This document shows positions 10,034 to 18,543 of a stretch of 64,000 nt of DNA, one piece after another. The notes under the pieces were generated by a model. It ran no database searches and was not told where the DNA came from. It worked only from the letters and a program-made list of their open reading frames with translations. A program made the translations under genes and the position numbers. The first letter of the stretch is position 1. Every line of letters begins with the position of its first letter. The stretch lies in the NCBI GenBank assembly GCA_903918645.1, contig CAIXFH010000020.1, forward strand, positions 6,294 through 70,293, in the 5' to 3' direction. Origin of the DNA: an uncultured Actinomycetes bacterium. GTDB lineage: Bacteria > Actinomycetota > Actinomycetes > S36-B12 > CAIYMF01.

Positions 10034-10216
10034 TCCGGTCCGAGTGGGTGTTTCGTGCTCCTCGCGGCCTGCGCGAGGGGCTCCTGCAGTCGGGTGAACA
10101 ACGTCACAGACCCTGCGTGACGTCCGATAATCGGTGGCCCAGGCTAGACGTCTGCCCATCGGGCACGTAGTTTAGAGATGTCGTCCGCCCCCTGTACGGG
10201 CTTTCCCGTGCTCGGG

Positions 10217-10355
10217 CGACGCGCCTAATCACCGGGCTCTCTCGCCTGGTGAGCCGGGGACCCACTCTCTGTGGGGCGAATCACCGGTCGATCTTCGGGT
10301 CGATCGGAGTAGGGCAACCTCTGCCCGAGCCCGTCAGCTAACCCGGTCGGCGTCG
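10217..10355 (+). ncRNA. c-di-AMP riboswitch (ydaO/yuaA)
   Basis: CGGGGA-CCCAC...GTGGGG-CGAATC, GTAGGG and CCCGAGCCCGTCAGCTAACCCGGTCGGCG signature. P1 pairs cgacgc with gcgtcg. Directly upstream of a cell-wall hydrolase. Confidence 0.93.
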
Positions 10356-10371
10356 AGAGGAGTTCTTCGAC

Positions 10372-11028
10372 GTGTTCCCCCGTGATAGTTATTCCGTTCT
10401 ACCCACAGCACGACGACGGACCTTATCCGCGTCGCTAGTCCTGACCGCCGCCCTCATTGCGAGTTCGTGGTCACCGGTGCAGGCTGCTTCCACATCAGTC
10501 GATCGCGCGAGCTCGGTTCGCGTTGTAGCCGTCGCACACCCCACCGCCGCACACCCCACCGCCGTTGCACCCGCCACGGCTGCTAAGCCTGCTGCCAAGA
10601 CCACGACCGCCGCAGTAGCGGCCAAAGCAAAAGCGGCCAAAGCCAAGGCAGCGAAGGTGACCAAACTGCGCATCCGAATCGTGGCAATCGCCAAGGCACA
10701 CCTCGGTGATCGCTACCGCGCTGGTCACACGGGGCCGCACTCATTCGACTGCTCGGGCCTGGCGCGCTACGTGGTTCAGAAGGCGATCGGACGCAGCCTG
10801 CCACATTCCTCGCGCGCCCAGTTCCGGGTAGTCGCGCACATCTCGCGCTCACAACTTCGTGCCGGCGACTTGGTGTTCTTCTTCCGCAATGGCGCGCACC
10901 ACGTCGGTATCTACATTGGCGGCGGCCGGATGGTCAATGCCACCAACCCTCGCGGCGGTGTGCAGGTCAGCAGCGTCTTCGGCGCCTGGTTTGGACGCCA
11001 CTACAGCGGCGCGGGGCGCGTGGTCTAA
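10372..11028 (+). CDS. Secreted NlpC/P60 peptidoglycan endopeptidase
   Basis: N-terminal signal-like segment, Ala/Lys-rich linker, SFDCSGL, GDLVFF and HHVGIYIG. Confidence 0.92.
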   Translation: MFPRDSYSVLPTARRRTLSASLVLTAALIASSWSPVQAASTSVDRASSVRVVAVAHPTAAHPTAVAPATAAKPAAKTTTAAVAAKAKAAKAKAAKVTKLRIRIVAIAKAHLGDRYRAGHTGPHSFDCSGLARYVVQKAIGRSLPHSSRAQFRVVAHISRSQLRAGDLVFFFRNGAHHVGIYIGGGRMVNATNPRGGVQVSSVFGAWFGRHYSGAGRVV

Positions 11029-11139
11029 ACCCCCATCACGGGCAGATCACCTTGCCCGCTCGATCGCTTCAGAGCCCGGTCCCGCTCATCGCGGGGCCGG
11101 GCTTTCCCATGTCACAGCACCACGTGGGCATCTCAGGGA

Positions 11140-11156
11140 ATACCCCTAGGGGGTAT
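11140..11156. promoter_or_regulatory. CsoR operator
   Basis: Perfect 7-3-7 inverted repeat ATACCCC-TAG-GGGGTAT, about 40 bp upstream of csoR. Matches the known C/G-tract CsoR operator architecture. Confidence 0.88.
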
Positions 11157-11195
11157 ACTGTTACACGATCGGTTCCCCGCGAGCAGGAGATAGCG

Positions 11196-11480
11196 ATGAA
11201 GCATGGATACGCAGCAGACAAAGATGCCGTCCTGGCCAGACTGCGACGAGTCGAGGGACAAGTACGCGGCATTGCCCGCATGGTCGAGGACGACACGTAC
11301 TGCATCGACATCCTCACTCAGGTTTCCGCTGCCACTCGAGCGCTCGAAAACGTCGCCCTCCTACTTCTCGATGATCATCTCGACCACTGCGTACGCGACG
11401 CTGCTCGAGCTGGCGGCCCCGCCGCCGACGAGAAGTTGCGCGAGGCCTCCGCGGCCATCGCGCGACTAGTACGTTCCTAG
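11196..11480 (+). CDS. csoR: Copper-sensing repressor CsoR
   Basis: RLRRVEGQVRGIARMVEDDTYCIDILTQ and HLDHCV Cys/His/Cys ligands. ATG 11196 follows a GGAGA RBS. Confidence 0.95.
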   Translation: MKHGYAADKDAVLARLRRVEGQVRGIARMVEDDTYCIDILTQVSAATRALENVALLLLDDHLDHCVRDAARAGGPAADEKLREASAAIARLVRS

Positions 11481-11525
11481 CAACTGCTCAATTCCAAATA
11501 CCCGTTTTATGAGAGGGAGTTCCAG

Positions 11526-11738
11526 ATGAGCATCAGTACCCAGTGGACCGTCACCGGGATGACCTGCCAACACTGTGTCGCAGCCGTCACCGAAGAAGTG
11601 TCGTCAATCGCCGGGGTCGAGGCAGTGGAGATCGACTTGGGAAACGGGCTGGTGACCGTGCGGTCCGAGGCTGATATCAGCGTCGAGTCGATGGCGGCGG
11701 CCGTCGATGAAGCCGGTTACACGTTGGCGGCGAACTGA
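11526..11738 (+). CDS. copZ: Copper chaperone CopZ (HMA domain)
   Basis: 70 aa with GMTCQHC and AVDEAGY. Confidence 0.93.
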   Translation: MSISTQWTVTGMTCQHCVAAVTEEVSSIAGVEAVEIDLGNGLVTVRSEADISVESMAAAVDEAGYTLAAN

Positions 11739-11776
11739 GGCACAGACCGACAAGCACAGAAGCAGCCCGACAGCCG

Positions 11777-11815
11777 CAGCCCCAGCCCCAGCCCCAGCCC
11801 CAGCCCCAGCCCCAG
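11777..11815. repeat. (CAGCCC)6 microsatellite in the copZ-copA spacer
   Basis: Six perfect hexamers at 11777-11812. Confidence 0.95.
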
Positions 11816-11857
11816 AACAGCAGGCCTTGTCCGCAGCGTTAGCAACTCGGAGATGAG

Positions 11858-14029
11858 ATGACCACTCGCACGAACGCAGGCGCGGTCGATCTCGCGATCA
11901 CGGGCATGACGTGCGCCACGTGCGCGGGCAGAATTGAGAAGAAGCTCAATCGGCTGCCTGGCGTTATCGCATCGGTGAACTACGCGACCGAAACCGCGCA
12001 CGTCGATTATCCGAGTGAACTCACCCTGGACGATCTGATTTCAGTAGTAGAGGCAACCGGTTACGGGGTTGCCCTACCCGAGGCCGAAACCGTCGACGAT
12101 CCCGACCGGTTGGGCTACCGATGGCGGTTGAGCGCAGTCCTGACCGCTCCCGTGCTACTCATGTCGATGCTCACCACGTTGCAGGTCCCTTGGTGGCAGT
12201 GGGTGTCCTTCTTGCTGGCGTCCATCGTGGTGCTGTGGGGCGCTGCCCCGTTCCATCGCGCCGCCTGGGCCAATGCGCGTCATGGCGCGACCACCATGGA
12301 CACCTTGGTCTCACTTGGAGTTCTGTCGGCGTACCTGTGGTCGGCATTCGCGGTCCTGTTCACCTCCGCGGGGCATCCCGGCATGCAGATGAACATGTCG
12401 TGGATCCCCATGACCGACGTGGCACAAAGCGCGCACCCCGCGCTCTACTTTGAATCAGCCGCCGTTGTCACTACCTTCCTCCTGCTTGGACGCTGGCTCG
12501 AGCAGCGCGCGAAACAGAGTTCACGTAACGCCCTTCGCGCCCTGATGCACCTCGCTCCCAAGACAGCCGTAATCCAAAGTGGCACAGGTGAAACCCAGAT
12601 TCCCGCAAGTCACATCAAGATCGGCGATCTGGTAGTCGTGCGCGCGGGCGAACGCATCGCTGCTGATGGCCTAGTGGTCGAAGGTGCCTCTGCCGTCGAT
12701 GCGAGCATGCTCACGGGCGAGTCGCTGCCGATCGAAGTAGGTATCGGTGACGAAGTGCAGGGCGGGACGGTAGTGCAGGACGGGCGCGTGGTCGTTCGAG
12801 CGACAAGGGTCGGCTCCGATACGGCCCTCGCGCACATCACCGCTCTCGTGACAGCCGCCCAGAACGGCAAGGCACCTGTGCAGCGTCTCGCTGATCGCAT
12901 CTCGGCAGTCTTCGTCCCGATTGTCTTGCTGCTCGCCTTGGTCACGCTGGTTGGTTGGGGGGTTGTTGGTACGTGGCAGCAGGGTTGTGCTGCAGCGGTT
13001 GCGGTGCTGGTCATCGCCTGCCCGTGTGCCCTCGGATTAGCTACTCCCACAGCACTTCTCGTGGGTACTGGACGCGGTGCACAACTGGGCGTGCTGGTGC
13101 GTGGCCCTGAGGTTCTCGAGTCAACGCGGCGGATCAACACCGTGATGCTCGACAAGACCGGAACTCTAACTACCGGCGTGATGTCAGTCGTTACTACATG
13201 GGGGGATGCACAAGCCCTTCAGCTGGGCAGCACGCTCGAGTCCGGATCGAGTCATCCGGTCGCACGCGCCATAGCCACACTGTCGAGCGGTGCAGCGCAC
13301 AACCTAACCGACGTCGAGTCAGTACGAGGCTCGGGTGTGACCGGAGTGGTCGATGGTTTCATCGTGCAGGCTGGGCGACCCGAATGGGCTGCGCCGCAAG
13401 GGATTTGGCCCAGCCAGCGCGATAGTTGGGCAGCGAACGGCAACACTGTTGTGGGCATCGCCATCGATGGCGAGCCGCGCGCACTCGTCGCGATCTCAGA
13501 TGTGATTCGGCCAACCACGCAGGCGGCCATCCATGCGATGCGAGCCCTGGGACTCGAACCGGTAATGGTCACCGGCGACTCACAGGTCGTTGCGGATCAG
13601 GTCGCATCCGCAGTCGGTATCACCCGAGTGATTGCCAATGCGCGCCCAGAGGACAAAGTCGGAATCGTGAAACTGCTACACGATGAAGGTCGGGTCGTTG
13701 CGGTAGTCGGTGATGGCATCAACGATGCGGCGGCTCTGGCCGCCGCCGACCTAGGTATCGCGATGGGCGGCGGCACTGATGCCGCGATGGAAGCCGCCGA
13801 CATCACCCTGCTGCGTGACGACTTACGATCCGCCGCGGACGCAGTGCGCTTGGCGCGCGCGACTTTGCGGATCATCAAGCAGAACTTGGGGTGGGCATTT
13901 GGCTACAACCTCGCGGCGATTCCCCTAGCAGCCTTCGGATTCCTGACTCCGATGGTCGCGGGCGCAGCCATGGCCGCATCGAGCGTATGCGTGGTCGGAA
14001 ACAGCCTGCGACTTCGTCGATTCAGGTAA
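11858..14029 (+). CDS. copA: Cu(I)-translocating P1B-type ATPase
   Basis: GMTCATC, YFE, TGES, CPCALGL, DKTGTLT, HP, GDGINDA, YN and MAASS. Confidence 0.96.
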   Translation: MTTRTNAGAVDLAITGMTCATCAGRIEKKLNRLPGVIASVNYATETAHVDYPSELTLDDLISVVEATGYGVALPEAETVDDPDRLGYRWRLSAVLTAPVLLMSMLTTLQVPWWQWVSFLLASIVVLWGAAPFHRAAWANARHGATTMDTLVSLGVLSAYLWSAFAVLFTSAGHPGMQMNMSWIPMTDVAQSAHPALYFESAAVVTTFLLLGRWLEQRAKQSSRNALRALMHLAPKTAVIQSGTGETQIPASHIKIGDLVVVRAGERIAADGLVVEGASAVDASMLTGESLPIEVGIGDEVQGGTVVQDGRVVVRATRVGSDTALAHITALVTAAQNGKAPVQRLADRISAVFVPIVLLLALVTLVGWGVVGTWQQGCAAAVAVLVIACPCALGLATPTALLVGTGRGAQLGVLVRGPEVLESTRRINTVMLDKTGTLTTGVMSVVTTWGDAQALQLGSTLESGSSHPVARAIATLSSGAAHNLTDVESVRGSGVTGVVDGFIVQAGRPEWAAPQGIWPSQRDSWAANGNTVVGIAIDGEPRALVAISDVIRPTTQAAIHAMRALGLEPVMVTGDSQVVADQVASAVGITRVIANARPEDKVGIVKLLHDEGRVVAVVGDGINDAAALAAADLGIAMGGGTDAAMEAADITLLRDDLRSAADAVRLARATLRIIKQNLGWAFGYNLAAIPLAAFGFLTPMVAGAAMAASSVCVVGNSLRLRRFR

Positions 14030-14049
14030 ACCCAGTTCAGGGCTTCAAC

Positions 14050-14973
14050 CTAGTTTGGGGCTCTCATTGATGACAGCCAAGACTGAGCTTCGGCGAAATC
14101 ACTGTCGGTGACTCCAGGCCGCAGCAAGGGCGGCTTTCCATCGTGCCGTGGGTATGACCCAAGGAAGCGAACGTCTGCGCACACTCGGTGGAGTCCAGCC
14201 AGGGCTTCCCCCACTCGAGCGTCGGCGAGATGGCCTTCACAGTCGATCGAGAAGTAGTAATCACCCAACGCCTTGCGGGTGGGTCGCGATTCGATCCGCG
14301 TGAGGTTGACCCCGCGGACCGACAACTCGGTGAGGATCTCAAGGAGAGCGCCTGGGTGATCCTCACGCATGAAAAGGGTCAGCGTGGTCTTGTCAGCGCC
14401 CGACGGTGAGGGTGGCGAACCAGGCAACGACACGAGCACAAACCTCGTCCATGCCTCGTCGTTGTCGCCAATGTCATCAGCAAGAATCGACAGGCCATAG
14501 ACGTCGGCAGCGATCCGCGGGGCGATCGCTGCCTCGAAGGCTGGCGGCTCCTCGAGCAACGCCGCAGCCGCACCTGCAGTTGAGCCAGCAGGAATGACGA
14601 CGGCTGCAGGCAGGTTGGCGCGCAGCCACGCGCGACACTGAGCCGATGCGTGCGGATGAGTTGCGATGCGCCGGACGTCAGCGAGGGTGGTTCCGGTTCG
14701 AGACATCAAGGTGAAGGTGACCGGGATGACCTGCTCGTCGACAATCATCAGTGGCTCGCCCAGGGCAAGTTCGTCCAATGTTGACGTGACCGAACCCTCG
14801 ACCGAGTTCTCAATAGGCACAAGGGCACTCAGCACCTCGCGTGAACGCACTGCGTCTAGGGCTAAGGGCACTGATGCGAAGGGGACGAAGTCGGCGCCGG
14901 CACTCGCTGGCAGTTGCGCCAGAGCAGCCTCAGAGAACGTACCGCGGGGGCCCAGGTAAGCGATCGCTGTCAT
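14050..14973 (-). CDS. pheA: Prephenate dehydratase
   Basis: AYLGPRGTFS, PIENSVEG, TRF and the ACT-domain LTRIESRP. Confidence 0.96.
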   Translation of the reverse strand: MTAIAYLGPRGTFSEAALAQLPASAGADFVPFASVPLALDAVRSREVLSALVPIENSVEGSVTSTLDELALGEPLMIVDEQVIPVTFTLMSRTGTTLADVRRIATHPHASAQCRAWLRANLPAAVVIPAGSTAGAAAALLEEPPAFEAAIAPRIAADVYGLSILADDIGDNDEAWTRFVLVSLPGSPPSPSGADKTTLTLFMREDHPGALLEILTELSVRGVNLTRIESRPTRKALGDYYFSIDCEGHLADARVGEALAGLHRVCADVRFLGSYPRHDGKPPLLRPGVTDSDFAEAQSWLSSMRAPN

Positions 14974-15464
14974 TTCGACCGTCCCTTCACTGCATAGTTC
15001 ACGGCTTGAAGTTCCTCGGGCGATAGCGGCGCATCGCTCGCGCCAGCTTTGACCCCCTTCATGTACGACCGAGTTTCGGCCCGACCATGAATGGAAGTAA
15101 GCACGAGTCCATCACCTCCGTCGTCGAGCATCGCGGCTGAGAACGACAAGCGTCCACCCATGTCGCCGAAGGCGTCATAGCGAACCACGCTGACGTGGCG
15201 GATCGCGTCAGCGAGCTCGGTGCGAGTACGTCCAAGCAACGCCGCGAGGTCATCGACCTCACCCCTAAGCGCGGTCACGTTGTCGCTGTGTCGAGCCACT
15301 GCCTCAACGAACGAGGGCGCGTCGCCATCGGCGGCGAGCAGAACCAGATCTCGCTTCATCCGCCGACTCGTGAGGAACGATGCCAGGGCAAGACCCGCAG
15401 CAAGCGCACCCAGAACGACGCCGAGCACAACGAGGACATCGCGAAGACCAGGATCAAGGGACAC
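14970..15464 (-). CDS. DUF4446-family protein (N-terminal TM, coiled region)
   Basis: VVRYDAFGDMGGRLSFSAAMLD..GDGLVLTSIHGR..RSYMK..LSPEE pattern. Overlaps the pheA start by 4 bp. Confidence 0.8.
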   Translation of the reverse strand: MSLDPGLRDVLVVLGVVLGALAAGLALASFLTSRRMKRDLVLLAADGDAPSFVEAVARHSDNVTALRGEVDDLAALLGRTRTELADAIRHVSVVRYDAFGDMGGRLSFSAAMLDDGGDGLVLTSIHGRAETRSYMKGVKAGASDAPLSPEELQAVNYAVKGRSK

Positions 15465-15562
15465 ATGGCAAGGGTAGTCGCGACTAGGGTCTGCTTCGTG
15501 CCCCTCCTCGATACCTCGTGTCTGCAGATATTCGTTGCCCTCGACCGCAGTGGTGTTCGTCG

Positions 15563-16207
15563 GTGACTTCGCCGGTCTCTCTTGGTCTTGACGTCACGGT
15601 CTTGCTGGCGACATTTGCAGTGATCTTGCCGGCCGAACTCCCTGATAAGTCCTTCATCGCCACCTTGGTATTGGCCACTCGATACCCCCGACTGCCCGTG
15701 TGGCTGGGGGCCAGCGCCGCATTCCTAGTGCAGATGCTCATCGCCGTCGCGGCTGGCCGGCTTCTTGCGTTCCTGCCTCGCACCCTCGTACTAGGCGCCA
15801 CCGCAGTCCTGTTCTTCGTCGGCGCTGCACTCCTGATCCGCGGCGGTATGCAAGCACGTGAAGAAGCCACACGCGAAGAAGACGAGGAAGCCGAAGAGAT
15901 CGCATCGCACGTGCGAGTGGGCCAACGAGGCTTCGCCGCTTTCGCCACCACCTTCGTCATCATCTTCACCGCCGAGTGGGGCGATCTCACCCAACTCATT
16001 GCTGCCGGTCAGGCTGCGCGAACTGATTCACCAGTCGCGGTCTTCATCGGCGCCTCTGCTGCTCTGGTACTCGTCGCCGGGCTGGGCGTCCTCGTGGGTG
16101 GATGGCTGCACCAACGCGTGCCGCTCTGGCGCGTCCGCGTGGTATCCGGGGTGATCTTGCTGGTGCTCGGCGCAGTCACCATCGTCGAACTCGTCAACGG
16201 CGCCTAG
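15563..16207 (+). CDS. TMEM165/GDT1 (UPF0016) Mn2+/Ca2+ transporter
   Basis: Two internal repeats, AELPDKS and AEWGDLTQ (E-phi-G-D-K/R-T-like). Start uncertain (15518 or 15563). Confidence 0.88.
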   Translation: MTSPVSLGLDVTVLLATFAVILPAELPDKSFIATLVLATRYPRLPVWLGASAAFLVQMLIAVAAGRLLAFLPRTLVLGATAVLFFVGAALLIRGGMQAREEATREEDEEAEEIASHVRVGQRGFAAFATTFVIIFTAEWGDLTQLIAAGQAARTDSPVAVFIGASAALVLVAGLGVLVGGWLHQRVPLWRVRVVSGVILLVLGAVTIVELVNGA

Positions 16208-16235
16208 ATCCCTCGCGCGAACTGGTTTCATGACG

Positions 16236-16266
16236 AACGGCCCCCAGAATAAATCTGTGGGCCGTT
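16236..16266. terminator. Hairpin downstream of the GDT1 gene, possibly bidirectional
   Basis: aacggccc-c-cag/ctg-t-gggccgtt stem around an A/T-rich loop. Confidence 0.6.
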
Positions 16267-16377
16267 GAGGTCGGGGTTGGGAAATCCCCTGCCGATCCGG
16301 TGACACCCCCGTGGACTCCCGATCGCGCACTAGGTGAGTACCCAAGTAGATACGGGTCTAAACCCGGCCCAGGGCAT

Positions 16378-16423
16378 AAAAATGACCGGACGCCGCCGAC
16401 GGGGGATGCAGCGGCGTCCGATC
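16378..16423 (-). ncRNA. Long GC hairpin with C5 loop followed by a U-tract (candidate sRNA or terminator)
   Basis: Minus strand GAUCGGACGCCGC-UGCAUCCCCCGUCG-GCGGCGUCCGGUC-A-UUUUU. Confidence 0.45.
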
Positions 16424-16593
16424 TGTGAGAAACATAGATAGCGACGCATTCGTGCGCCTACGAACCCCGCGCATCAATAGGCTCTCTTGAGCAAATGTTG
16501 CGCTAAAGGACAAATAGAGGGATGAAAAGTCCGTTATGTCGCAAATAAGCTACTCACGAGTACCCGCCGAAACCCAGGAAGGTTACCGACCGC

Positions 16594-17568
16594 TCAACGC
16601 AGAGTGACCTGGCGGTTGGCCAATCCGGCCCGGGCTCGTCGTTCCGCTTCGTTGAGTTCGCCGGTCTCGGTCAGCACCTGGTTCAAGCGCTCCAGGAAAG
16701 CCCCAGCGGGCTCTTCAAGTGACTGCGGCTCAGTTCCCGACGGAAGATCCCACACGGGCACCAGCAGGCCATGCGCTCGGAAAGTTCCGATCAGCCTGGT
16801 ATCGGCACCCAATGCGGACTCGCCGCGCGACTGAAGGCGAGCAAGTGCAGACAGGAGAGGTTCCTCATCGTGTGGCTGCGCCCAGCGCAAGAACTCCTTG
16901 GGGCCCATGCGGCACCAGTAAGCAGCCTCGACGCTCGTCAGGCGATAGGTCGGCATCGCAGTCGAGTTCGCCATCTCAAGGGAGGCGGACACATCAGCGG
17001 TCATCTCGGTCTGTGACGCATCGACCCAGAACTCGAATCCGTCGTGGACGGTGACCTCAAGTGGCACGGTGACATCCAGCACTTCCTGAAGCCTGGGGCC
17101 ATCACCCAGTCGCAATGAGGAAACGGGGCCTCCAGGCTCAGCGCTCAGGGCGCGAGCCAGCACATCACCGAGGTCACGGCTGGGATCACCTGAGCCAGTT
17201 GCCGTTTGGAGGCCGAGCAAGATCGTTCCATCTGCGCGAACTAGAGCGGGCCAAGCCATCGGCAGCACAGTTGCCAGCAGCACCTGACGCCCGGCGGCCT
17301 GCGCGGCGTACTCAGCAGAGAGCGTCAACGCTGACGTGGCCGAGGGCACGATCTCGCGCAAAGCTACCCAGTCAGGCTCACTGGCAAGCCCAGCGAAGGG
17401 TCGCTGCACAAGCGCGCTGCCAGCATCAGCTAAGCCCCTGCCATGACAGGCCTTGTAACGCCGGCCGCTACCGCACGGGCAGGGTTCGCGGAGCCCAACG
17501 ACGGGCACGTCCGCATCGGACGAATTCGGTGAGAGGTTTGCGCTACGCACTTTCTTGTCCTTGGCCAC
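16594..17568 (-). CDS. SEC-C motif protein, DUF5926-like
   Basis: REPCPCGSGRRYKACHG SEC-C motif, RPFAGLASEPDWVALREIVP and AHGLLVPVWDL. Start is GTG 17568. Confidence 0.8.
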   Translation of the reverse strand: MAKDKKVRSANLSPNSSDADVPVVGLREPCPCGSGRRYKACHGRGLADAGSALVQRPFAGLASEPDWVALREIVPSATSALTLSAEYAAQAAGRQVLLATVLPMAWPALVRADGTILLGLQTATGSGDPSRDLGDVLARALSAEPGGPVSSLRLGDGPRLQEVLDVTVPLEVTVHDGFEFWVDASQTEMTADVSASLEMANSTAMPTYRLTSVEAAYWCRMGPKEFLRWAQPHDEEPLLSALARLQSRGESALGADTRLIGTFRAHGLLVPVWDLPSGTEPQSLEEPAGAFLERLNQVLTETGELNEAERRARAGLANRQVTLR

Positions 17569-17636
17569 GAACGGTGAGCGTACGCGACAACACGATCGCT
17601 CGTGGCCACCCCGGTCACTTGCGCCCCGCGCGAGGA

Positions 17637-18449
17637 TCAGCGCGCGATGGCCGACATCTGCGCGATGACTGCTTGTGGCTTGTTGGTGATGATGGCATCC
17701 ACGCCAAGGTCGCAGCACAGCGAAACGTCAGCGGGTTCGTCGACCGTCCAGACATGCACCTGATGGCCGCGGGCTTGTACTCGTTGGACGTAGCGGGGAT
17801 GGGCTCTCACGATCTCTATCGACGGACCCGCGATCTGGGCACCGAAGGGCAGCGATCCGTCGCGGAACCGCAGGGGTACTCGGTCCATCAAGAACACGGC
17901 CGGCAGGCCCGGAGCCAGCGCACGTACCCGACGCATAGACATTTGCGAAAAGCTCATTAGGCGCATCCGGTCAGCCCGCTCATCGCGTGGGCGGGCCAAG
18001 CCGTAGTGACGAAGCAGCTCGATCACTCGATCCTCAACCATGCCGCCATATCTGGTCGGGTGCTTGGTCTCGATCGAGAGTCCGACATTCCCCGGAGACT
18101 CAAGCACCAACTCAACGAGACGCTCGAGGGTCAACACTCTGGCCCGGGCCTCATCGACGATCACCGGATCGCTGCCCAGAGTCGGCTGCCCGACGTCGCC
18201 CCGCCAGCCACCAAAGTCGTACCGGTTGAGCTCACCCAAGGTCAGCTCCGAGACGATCCCAGTGCCATCACTCGTGCGATCGATCCGACGGTCATGCACG
18301 CAGACGATATGACCGTCAGCAGTGAGCCGAACATCGCATTCGAGAGCATCCGCGCCGTCAGCGATGGCCTTCGCATATGCCGCGAGAGTGTGCTCGGGTT
18401 CGTCGGCACTAGCGCCTCTATGCGCTACGACAACCGGAACGTTGGCCAC
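17637..18449 (-). CDS. glpQ: Glycerophosphodiester phosphodiesterase
   Basis: VAHRGAS..PEHT, ECDVRLTADG..VCVHD, IETKHP, WTVD and DAIITN. Confidence 0.92.
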   Translation of the reverse strand: MANVPVVVAHRGASADEPEHTLAAYAKAIADGADALECDVRLTADGHIVCVHDRRIDRTSDGTGIVSELTLGELNRYDFGGWRGDVGQPTLGSDPVIVDEARARVLTLERLVELVLESPGNVGLSIETKHPTRYGGMVEDRVIELLRHYGLARPRDERADRMRLMSFSQMSMRRVRALAPGLPAVFLMDRVPLRFRDGSLPFGAQIAGPSIEIVRAHPRYVQRVQARGHQVHVWTVDEPADVSLCCDLGVDAIITNKPQAVIAQMSAIAR

Positions 18450-18543
18450 ACGCTAATCGTGTCATCCATGCCGCGAGGTTGAGCAGTGCGGGCATATTCG
18501 ACACGAACAATTCGCACAGAACGGACTACGCGAGCCACCAAGG

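Noticed and set aside
15465-15590. yybP-ykoY Mn riboswitch upstream of the GDT1 gene
   Set aside because: Expected for this family, but no GGGGAGUA or matching L3 motif is visible on either strand.
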